A stretch of DNA of 62,656 nt, filler included, from Basidioascus undulatus (Eukaryota): the NCBI GenBank assembly GCA_000826855.1. It is 19 parts of 19 records of this genome, joined end to end, with 100 filler letters (N's around TTAATTAATTAA, not from the genome) between each part and the next. Parts side by side here need not be neighbours in the genome. Positions count along the whole stretch, not along the records: positions 6,704 to 29,332 come from JTLS01000292.1; 18 more parts are not named here. One strand, written 5' to 3'. The notes beneath the pieces are model-generated. The model was not told where the DNA came from. It searched no databases and worked only from the letters and a program-made list of their open reading frames with translations. The position numbers and the translations under genes are program-made. Positions 11,997 to 22,432 of the stretch are shown piece by piece (the stretch's first letter is position 1; each line of letters starts with the position of its first letter).

Positions 11997-14691
11997 ATGC
12001 CCGTCCCTACCAATGTCAAGCCGGGGCCTGACCCCGTCACGCTCTCGCTCTTTTCCAACCGCTTCATGTCCGTTGCGGAGGCGATGGGCCGCTCGCTCCA
12101 GCAGACCTCTATCTCCACCAACATCAAGGAGCGCCTCGGTAAGTCGCGCTGCTGTCGGAGACTCGGGAGCGAACGCGGCTGACTGGGCTTGACGTCTTCA
12201 CAGACTACTCGTTAGTTTCACAACAGGTTTCCTGAAGCCATGAACTGCTGAACTGATAGAAACTCTTCTACCAGCTGCGCTGTGTTTGCGCCAGATGGTG
12301 AACTTGTGGCGAACGCGCCGTTCATTCCCGTCCACCTCGGTAGCATGTCCTTGTGCGTTTCCGCTCTGGCGTCCCTCGCTCGTCTCCAGCTCACTTATGG
12401 GTCCCAAATGCAGTGCTGTCAAGTACCAAATGAACCTCCACGGCGCGTCGCTCAAGGCGGGTGATGTGCTCATGACCAACTCGCCCTCCGCGGGCGGATC
12501 CCACCTGCCGTGCGTCTCGCCCATCTCCCTGCAACCACCCCCCTAGGCTGATCTTTTGCCACAACTAGCGACATCACCATTATCACCCCCTGCTTCTCGC
12601 CCCACGACCCCACCAAGATCATCTTCTTCACTGGTTAGTCCTTCCCGCGTTGCGCCGACCCACCTCTCGCCCTAACCTTCGCTGCGCAGCTTCCCGCGGG
12701 CACCATTCCGATGTTGGCGGCATTCTCCCCGGTTCTATGCCGCCGACCTCGACCTCAATCACCGAGGAGGGTGCTGAGGTCGTCTCGTTCAAGATCGTCG
12801 ACGGCGGGAAGTTCGACCGGACCGGGCTGTACAAGCACCTCGTCGACGAGCCTGCGCAGTGGGAGGGCAGCTCCGGGTGCAGGAACTTCAGGGACGTCGA
12901 GAGCGACCTGAAGGCGGTGCGTGATTCCCGAGATGAACTTTACTTTCTTTCGAGGCTCATCCAGGCGCGCGATGCGGAACAGCAAGTCGCCGCGAACCAC
13001 AAGGGCATCACGCTGCTCCACGCGCTGTGCAAGGAATACGGCCTGGAGACGGTCCAGCAGTACATGCAGCACATCCGGGAGTGCGTCCCACTCTCCTCTT
13101 CTCATCCCGATACTGCGGCAACTGACACTGAACGCGCACTGTGCAGCAACGCTGAGCAGTCCGTGCGTTCGCTCCTGCGCGAGGCTGCCCGTCGCGCGGG
13201 GACCAACGTCCTCCGTGCGCGCGACTTCCTGGACGACGGCTCGCCGGTCAGTCTGTCGTGACTTCTACTGACTACACATGACTGTCTTCTGACGAGGGAT
13301 GGACTGTGTGGGCACTCAGATCGAGCTGGAGATCACCATCGACCCCAACACCGGGTCTGCCATCTTCGATTTCGAGGGCACCGGCCCGGAGCTGCGCGGG
13401 AACCTGAACGCCGTGCGTGTTTTCCTTTACCTGAACTTCACTCGCGTCTCTGACAAACCCTTTCCTGCTTCCACACAGCCCATCTCCGTCGTCCACTCCG
13501 CCGTGATCTACTGCATGCGCGCGATGTGCGGCGTCGACATCCCTCTCAACGCGGGGTGCTTGGTCCCCGTCACGATCAAGATCCCGCAAGAGTCCCTGCT
13601 CAACCCGTCCCCCGAGGCCGCCGTCTGCGGCGGCAACGTCATGACCTCCCAGCGCATCACGGACGTCGTCCTGCGTGCCTTTGAGGCCTGCGCGGCCAGC
13701 CAGGGCTGCTGCAACAAGTGCGTTCCTTTTGAGCTCCTTCCGGTATGTTCCGCGCAACTGCTGACGTCCTGGATGGACAGCCTGTCGTTCGGCGCTGGTG
13801 GAAAGGACCCGAAGACGGGTGAGATCAAGCAGGGGTGGGGCTACTGTAAGAAATTTCTTGTCGTGGCTTTAAGGGGGCTCTGCTGATTTTTGGTCCCTGC
13901 AGACGAGACGGTTGCTGGTGGATCGGGTGCGGGCCCGACGTGGAACGGCACTTCCGGCGTGCATGTGAGTGCGACGGCACATCTAACGTAGCTTGTTACG
14001 GCATACTGACTGCTTGTTTTCAGTGTCATATGACGAACGTTCGTTCACTTCTGCTCTCCGCCGATCAACCCCGTTGAGCAGCTGTGCTGAACTGCCCCTT
14101 CCTTTCAGACCCGCATCACGGACCCCGAGATCATGGAGCGGCGGTATCGTGCGTTTTCACCTTTACCACAGCTTTCGCATTGAGATACTGATGTCTTCGA
14201 CACCATGCAGCCATTGTCCTCCGCCAGTTCTCTTTCCGCCCTGGCTCCGGCGGTGTCGGCGCGCACCCCGGCGGTGACGGTGTCATCCGTGACTTTGAGC
14301 TCCTGATGCCGATGCAGATGTCCATTCTGTCCGAGGTCCGCTTTCTTAATCGAATCTTCCGCCCAAGCCCCGATGCTGACGTCCTCCATCGATCTCACAG
14401 CGCCGTGTTCACCAACCGTACGGCCTCGAGGGCGGCGGCCCTGGCGCGTGCGGCAAGAACATCTGGATCAAGCAGCCTGCAAAGGAGGGCGGGAAGGTCC
14501 GGACGATCAATCTCGGCGGCAAAGCCACCGCTTTCATGGGCAAGGGCGACCGCTTCGTGCTCCACACGCCCGGCGGCGGCGCCTGGGGCGCGCTGGGAGC
14601 TGAGAGCAACGCGGTTGCGTCGAAGTTAGGATTCGAGCCGCGGGGGAGCCTGGCAGAGCGCGCGGCGGCGGAGGCGGCGTTCGGGGCGTAA
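11997..14691 (+). CDS. 5-oxoprolinase/hydantoinase B half, stand-alone multi-exon gene
   Basis: [141 protein letters not shown] and TPGGGAWG. Ends [12 protein letters not shown]. Confidence 0.94.
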
Positions 14692-15978
14692 TTTCGAGTC
14701 GGCGTGTGTGTATGTGTTGAGTTGTGTAGCGGACGCATCCCGCTCAATTTACCTTGATGTCTTCTATTGCGTGCGGTTTCTTCATACTTGGCCAGTTGAT
14801 AGACAGCAAGACAGTGACAAGGCAGCGAACCCTCATTGTCCAACTGGAATTGCTGCGATAGTCCCGCAGGATGTTTCTCGCCTTCGCGCCAGGTCAGTTG
14901 AGGCTGCAGGCCCACTAGCTGGCATTGACCGGCGCGGAGGGATGTCGCTTTCGGTCGTCACGTCGGCTTCTGGCTTATGTTATGTGCGCAAGACCGCACA
15001 CGACAGTCGGCCGGAAGAGGCGCAAGCACACGCATCTCCGCGGGCACAAACTACTGCTAAGGGTTGTTCTTGGTGGTTCGGGCAGAAGTTTCTGCCTTGC
15101 ACTCAGTGATTAAGGAACCAAGCCGCAAGCTATACAATTTTCAACGCCCTGAGCTCGCAGCGGGCTCGTTCCGTGAGATTGTCTTACATATTGCCGAATG
15201 TACCAGGAGCGCCGGCCAAGATCTTCCCTGGGTGGGACTGGAGCTGGACAACCCACTGCCAGGCTACGGCGACGGCATTGACCCCTCGGTCCTATCCGTT
15301 ATTCTGCCTACGATAACACTGTAGTTCCTTTCAACTTGCGCGCCGGGTCACCTTCACAGGCATTAATAATACTGATATCAATACATAGAGTGTGAAAAGC
15401 CGATTCGAAAGGAGGCCTCGAACTTCGCATGTCCTTCGGCCTGCAGTCGAGGCAAGGAGCTGGGCAAGTCCTGATGAGTTCCGGCTAAGAGCGCTCGCTC
15501 TTATCTCTAGCTCGGCAAGACTATTCGACTGCTCACGCGGGACCAACCTTAATATCATTGACCCTCCACTCTATTGGCCTCAAAATTTTGGTCGATTGTC
15601 TTGACATGCCATTTTTTATTTTCTGCATCATGTGCTAGGCTGCAACGCCACTTTCATGCACATCTCCTGGAGAGTTCCGGGGAGTCGCCCTCCGTCTTCT
15701 CTCTCCGCTTCTTTACCGCTCTATCCTGTGATACTGACAACCAGCGCCTCGCGGTCCCTTCGAATCGATCATTCACACCAATTTCGACGCCGCGAGCGCT
15801 TATCGCAACCCTCCTCGGCTCTCTACTACCGTGTGCGATACTCGGCGAAGTCCTCAAAGACGCCGTCGCATCGCACGATCAACGCTCCTTCCTCACTCCC
15901 TCACGCACGCGACATCTTCCCCGCACTTTCGCGCTCGTCGCATCACTCTCTCGAACTCTGTTGTCTCGCGCCGTAAAC

Positions 15979-18796
15979 ATGTCCGGGGATGTAGAGAAGG
16001 CCTACGAGGCCGACCAGAAAGTCGCGTCCTCCGTTCGAAGCTCGCCGCAAGAGAGTACTCAGGATGACCTGGCTAGCGAGCATCTCGACCCTGTGCGCTT
16101 TGCACTCTTCCTCGAATGGCAACGCAAGCTTACCTATCTTATCCGTGCTTGTTGGTCCCAGGCTGAGGAGGTAAAGCTGCTTCGAAAGCTGGACATCAAC
16201 ATCGCACCCGTTCTGATGGTGCTGTACGTCAGCTCGTTATGCCCGGTCTGCATTGAACTCCAGCTGATTCTCTTGTCTGCGACAGCTATCTTATTTCCTT
16301 CCTTGATCGTTCCGTGAGTATCGAAACGCACCTGTCCTTCAAACTCGCTGACAGTTCGAAACGCAGAACATCGGTAATGTGCGTCCGGGAGGAGCTGGGA
16401 GTTGAGCCTGGACAACTTCTAACGCTGCTGCTGGCCGCAGGCATTGTCGGCGGGCATGGCCGAGGACCTCAACCTGCCTACGGAAGGCAGCAACGTTGCT
16501 GTTTCTATCTTCTATGTGAGTTCTACGTCTGCAGGACACTAGGCATCAGCTAATATGTCATCCCTCCTCTTCAGGTTACCTACGTCGTTTTCGAAAGGTC
16601 TGTCGCCACTTTCGGAATGTCATGAAGGTTTTGCTCAATTCTGCTCCATTCGCAGCCCCCTCGCTACTCTTCTCAAGAAGCTGCGCCCGAGCCGGATGAT
16701 TCCCTTTATTGTTGTGGCATGGGGTACGTCCAGCTCTTAAACATGATTGACTTTCGCTCTAGGCTCACAAGTCAGGACAGGCTGCGTCGTGATTGGTTCC
16801 GGATTTGTCAAGAACTACGCTGGTCTCATCGTCTGCCGTCTCGTACATAGCAAGGCTTTTTCGTACCTGTGGGCCGAGCTGATCGGCGAGGACATGCAGT
16901 TCCTCGGTGCGGGCGAGGCAGCGCTTTTCCCCTGTCTCACCCTCTACTTGACTCTCTTTTATAAGTGCGTTACCTACTCGAATCCTGAGGTTCTTCTTCT
17001 TACAAGGCAGTTTACAGACGCACTGAGCTTGCTCGGAGGACGTGCTACCTCTTCGTGGCTGCCGCGTACGGTCATTTGCTGTGCCTCCGGTGCCCTGCCC
17101 GCTAACGTTTATGCCAACGTCAGAATTTCTGGCGCGTTTGGTGGACTTATCGTAAGTCTACTCCAGGTCATCGTCCATAGATCCTAGAGCTCATTTGCTG
17201 CGCTACAGGCCGCCGGTCTGCTCAAAATGGAAGGCATCGCGAACTTGCATGGCTGGCAATGGTGAGCATTTTCCCGGCTGGATCGGCTGATTTGCGAGGA
17301 AGCTGATGGCTTATGTTCCCACAGGCTCTACATCATCGAGGGTCGGTTGAGCAAACGACGCGGCTTGATGTACACTCTCCTGACCTGGCAGCTTCGACTT
17401 CGCAGGTCTCCTCACGGTGGTCATCGGTTTCGGCGTCTTTTGGCTGCTGCCCGACAACTTTGAGCACGCATGGTACCTGAACGACCGGGAAAAGCACTTG
17501 ATGCGGTGAGTCACTCTGCAGTTTCGGTCGACAATGCGCCCCATCTGAACTCAGGCCACGTACGCAGCATTCGTGCCGAGCAGACCAAGGCTTATCTCGG
17601 TGTTGAGGAACACTACTGGAGGGAGGTGAAGAAGGCCCTGCGCGACCCGAGCCTCTACATCAGCGGCTTCTGCCAGCTGGGAGCGGACATTTGCCTCTAC
17701 GTGAGCAGCCTACTTGTTCGAACATTGATGGTCGCAGGCCGCTGACGTTGAGCTGCAGGGCTACTCCACTTTCCTCGTCACTATCCTCCGCGGCTTCGTG
17801 CGTATCATCTTGATGTGGAGCTTACCGGCGATGTGCTGACTTACTGCGGTTTTCTTCAGGGTTACGACACGATACGTGCCAATCTCATGACCGCTCCTGC
17901 TTATGCCTGGGCAGCGAGTGCGTTTAGCTGTGCTCTTTTTAATATTCAGGCAGTTGTTGAATACCAGCCCTTCGCCATAGTCGTCTACTTCTGCCTTGCC
18001 GTCATCAGTGATCGTTATCAGAAGCGCGTGGCCATCCTCATGCCGCTCGGCACCATTACTGTGTAAGTCTGAGCTACTTCCTGAAGTACATGCTGGGAGC
18101 ATCTGCTCATTTCTGTTCCGGCTACACAGCGTCGGCTACGCTATCCTCCTTGGCGTGCACGACTCGAACGCTGTGAAATACTTCGCCTGTTTTGTCGTTG
18201 GCACAGGGTGGGTTTCTCGTTCAAAGCCGATACAACCCTTTCAGAAGCTAACTCTTTCTGTTTCACAGGATTTACGTAACTGTTGGCTTGAACCTGACAT
18301 GGTTGAACCAGTGCGTGGCCTCCTGCGTTTTCATTTGTCGCATGCGTTGAGGCTCACCCAAGTGCGACACAGAAACCAAGCTGGATTCTTGAAGCGCAGC
18401 ACGTCTCTTGGCTGCCAGCAGACCTTGGGCAACATTGGCGGCGTGATTGCTGGGTCCGTCGCAGAATTTGCTGCCCATACCCCGACCGCACACTCACACC
18501 CTGACTACTTCAGGCAAATTTACCGCTCTACCGGTGCACCTAACTATACGGTTGGACACGCCGTGTCGTTGGCCGGCATGTCCTGGGCAGTGATTGGTTT
18601 TGGCGTGGTTTGTGTTTTCTGTTTATAATGGAGTGTGGATCGTTCGCTGATATTTTATTTTGATCGGCAACAGCAAGCGTACTTGTGGAAGCGTCGCAAC
18701 GCTCGGAAGGATGCCATGACCGAGGAGGAGAAAGCCGAGCAGGACGCGCAGGGCGTCACGGGCGATGCGCACCACACGTTCCGCTACGTGTGGTGA
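15979..18796 (+). CDS. MFS transporter, anion:cation symporter (Dal5/Tna1 allantoate/nicotinate permease-like) family
   Basis: Manual splicing (23 exons) gives an open frame: KLLRKLDINIAPVLMVLYLISFLDRSNIGNA, CRLFLGAGEAALFP, ISGAFGGLIA, LHGWQWLYIIEGLLT, KRSTSLGCQQTLGNIGGVIAGQIY. Ends GDAHHTFRYVW-TGA. Confidence 0.92.
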
Positions 18797-19350
18797 CGGC
18801 GTTAGTGTCGATTCAACGAGGCCATGGGACATGTGCGGTTATTTGGTACCGCTGTATTGGGCATAGCAAGCATAGATAGCTTGAGAGGTGTGCATGTTGG
18901 CTGCAGGAGCCGCCTGAAGACGACGCTACGTTTAGTGCAATGTCAAGCAAGCTGACACTATACCGCAGGCCCTCGAGTGTACTGTTTTAATTATGCCTGA
19001 TCAAATTAGTTGATCCACATATTCAGCCGTAGCTGACTTAGTTTGAGCAGCTTGCCGAACTATACACAGCAAGACCGCACTCGCATTTCCTCCCGTCTTT
19101 GTCTGTTCGTCTTTCTGGGTTCAGATACTCACTGTGCTTTGAGTTCAATATCTTCAGTAAGCCGAACATGTCACTATGAGCCTCGGCGACGAATCGGCAA
19201 TTCGAAAGTCTTCGCAGCGCAGCGAGGAAGCCGACTCAAACCGCCGCCGCAAAAGCGCTGCCGCAAGCCGCCGGCGTCCAGGCGAGGTCGCCGATTGACC
19301 ACCACCATCCCCAGTCCGCTTTCCCCGCATCAGCAGCACTGACCCAGTTC

Positions 19351-21185
19351 ATGAGCTGGAAGCCGTCTTTCGATCGAGCACTCGTCGCTTACAATTCCAC
19401 GAAATACGATGAGGGACTCAAACTGCTCGACGAAGTCCGTGCATCCCCTGACCCGCCATCCTTGGGAGCGTAAGCTTGCAATAGCTCACCCCATTTATTA
19501 ACCGTCTCATATAGGTCATAGCATCTGGAAAAGAGCATGCTGCGGTCCACCACTTGCGATCTCAGGTCTTGGAGAAGCTCGGCCGCCCAAAGGACGCGTT
19601 GAAGGCCGCCAAGCGGGTCATCGACCTCGCACCAGACTCCACGAAGGTGCGCGGTACCCAAACTCTGGCGAAATATCCCAATTGGTGTTGACGTGAAACC
19701 ACGAGGACAGGGATACATCCGATCCGCCAAGCTCTTCATGCTCGTCTCGAAGCCGTCCTCGGCGCTCCCGATGCTCAGCCTCGCGGAGGCGCGGACGAAG
19801 TCCGCCGACGTCCAGGCAACGATCGCCTCGCTCCGCGGTTCCGCGCTCGCAGTCCAAGCCGCTCTAGACAAAGCGCGTACGAACTACGTCCAAAATCTCC
19901 CTCTTGAGATTTTCCATGTCATCGCCACACATGTCGGCAATCCCGTCCGCCTCTCGCACGTCTGCGCGGCCTGGCGACGCGCCGCGCTCGGCTCGCCGGC
20001 CCTCTGGCGCAGCCTCGTCGTCGGGAAGAATCGTCCGGTCGAGAAGATCAAGTGGTTCATCGAGCTTTCGGACTCTCACCTAGACACCGTTCGGCTTCGT
20101 CTTCCCGAGAACGCGCCCGACGTTCATCATCTCTTCTTCCCTTGCGCGCCCTCCATTCGCACGCTCGACGTCCTCACCAGCTCGCTTCGCGCAGCTCTGA
20201 GGTTTGCGAAGGAGTGCACCGAATACGAGCTTGATCACTTCCGGCTGGCTTCGCGCGTCGGCACTCCCCTAGCCGTTCATCTCCCGACTGTCCGGCACAC
20301 GCTCGAGCTCGAGAACCTCATCATCCCCGCGTCGCCTGCAGGCTTCTCGCCGATCCACGGGCTGCGCATTCTCCGCCTTTCAAACGTCATGCAGGCGCCG
20401 TCGTCCTCGGAACCCTCGCAGAAGTTCATCGGCCTGCTCGGACACTGTCCCGAGATCGAGGAGCTCACGCTGCGCAACTGCCTCTGGTGGGACGACTACC
20501 CGCCGGACGACATAGACGGGGACGATCGTCCGCCGCAGCTCGCCCGTCTTCACTCCATCGCGCTCGAAAGCTGCGGCCACTTCGCGGTCGACTTTCTCTT
20601 TCGGATCGACACACCTTCGCTCGTGTCGCTCGACCTCCGCAACTACCCCGCGTCCTTCCGCCCCTCGATATCCCCCCAACTCGCCCTCCTCGCCGCGCGC
20701 ATTCCGCAATTACAGCACCTCCGCCTTTCCGCCTCCCCCGTCTGCGACAAGCTCCTCGACGCCCTCGCACAATTGCCGCTCCTCCGCACGCTCGACGTTG
20801 CACGCACCTCCCTCACCGCCAACTTCTTTGCCGCCCTCGGCTCGTCCGCGCCCCTGCTCTGCCCGGCTCTCACCGCGCTCAATTTCTCTCGCTGCGAGGT
20901 CGTCCGCGGGCGACACGTCCTCGAACTTGTGCGCGCGCGGCTCGCGACCACCGTCGCCGCGCCAGTCGACGAGCTCGTCCTGGACGGGTGCGTCAATGTC
21001 GAGCCCGAGGTACTCCCTTGGCTTCGTGCTAAGGTCGAACGTGTGAGCTGCGTGTACGAGACCAAGACCGAAGCCATGCGTGCGCCGCGCCATCGCCATA
21101 TCACAGGTGCGTGGGCCACGCGTCTTTCATTGTGTCGTGGGACCCAATTGACAATGCGGTTGCTCGGCTCGCAGTTGCGGTGTGA
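19351..21185 (+). CDS. TPR / F-box / LRR protein (Pof3/Dia2-like SCF substrate receptor)
   Basis: N-terminal TPR-like exons (LRSQVLEKLGRPKDALKAAKRVIDLAPDSTKGYIRSAKL), an F-box (LPLEIFHVIA...LSHVCAAWRRAALGSPALW) and LRRs (CPEIEELTL, LRTLDVART, CPALTALNFSRC). Start and last exon are inferred from splice signals. Confidence 0.8.
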
Positions 21186-21494
21186 TGCTTGCGCTGGAGG
21201 GTTAGCTTGTCCTTCCTTACCCGCGAGGGGGTCGACACAAGTGCTTCATGCTCTTGAGTACTACACCCACTGGTGCTTAGCTCGAATCAGTCTGGTACAA
21301 CAACAGGCATTTGTATTCCCTCGTATTTTGACAATTCTTGGAGCCTTTTACCCGAGGGACTGAAATCTAAGGCAATCTGAAAGCGCCACCAGAGGGAAAT
21401 GCTGCGTAGCCTGCACCGGGTCATGGTTCGGTGTCAAACCCAGCTGTTCACATGTTGAGGCCCGTAGTGTAGAGCTGAAATTAATATCCGACTT

Positions 21495-21800
21495 AGCCTT
21501 TTCCAACCTTCGCGAGGCATGGGAGACCATCACGAAGGAGGTCGAGGTCTCGGAGGCTCTGAGCGACGTTGCGCAGGACATGATTGACGGTTTCTTTGTT
21601 GATGGGACAGTGTGGCCGTCGGGCTTTTCGAAATATTTCCTCTGCCATGTGCCGCCGCTTGGAAAATTGCGCGGTGTGCTGGACGCCAGGCGACTCGCGG
21701 AGCTGAGCAAAGCATGGCACTCCATCGGCATCCGAGTGGCAGGTCGGCTGTGGGGGGCAAGACAGAAACGGGAATACTATCTAAAAGCCCCGCCGGATGA
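21495..21800 (+). mobile_element. Possible 5'-truncated non-LTR retrotransposon (LINE) 3' fragment
   Basis: Intronless coding-like stretch without a clear start: ...VWPSGFSKYFLCHVPPL...WHSIGIRVAGRLWGARQKRE. It resembles the C-terminus of fungal LINE ORF2 (from recollection, unverified). Confidence 0.35.
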
Positions 21801-22432
21801 CTTGGGGATTCGCGCGAGGAGGAGGACGAGAGGATGGGATTTCGTGGGTCTGCTAGACCCCAAGTCCGACGAGGTCCGGCTCTCGAGCTGTGACCTAAGC
21901 CGGGCCGGTGGCTAGCGAAGTCAGATAGTAAGGTGTATTCTGTATTCTGATACATAGGAGACATAGCTGTGTGCCAGCGACGCTCAGAAAGGCGCAAAGT
22001 GGGGTGAGCATCTGAGCATGGAATGGTATGCAGCAGCCGGGAGCAGAAACATTGACGCATGCGCTCCAAGGTGAGGTGGAGCCACCACAGGTCAGGAGTC
22101 GTGGAGTCCGCGCAGCTGCGGATGAAGGACGAACCCGTAGCTACAGTCCGTCGGATCGCCTCGAAGACGACGTGCTGGCTCGGACAAGCTACGGTTACCC
22201 GGGCCTGCATTCTACAATCAGAGCCCAAGACTTTACTTCGCCAAATATGTATTGTATTTCACGCTGCAGGTCATGAGGCAATAATAACCTTGCATGTCTT
22301 GACGGCCGACGTGTGGTTACTGAGTACAGTCGATCAAAAGCCACGAGGATTTCGGCACTATACCGCGCCGATGGAAACAGGGCTGTAGTCGATGCAGTCT
22401 TCTCACCCACCGACCTCCACCACGCTCAGCAC

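Noticed and set aside
8044..14691. Recent bacterial transfer or contamination of a hyuA/hyuB operon
   Set aside because: Both genes have many spliceosomal introns, are divergent rather than co-directional, and carry Oxp1-like motifs.
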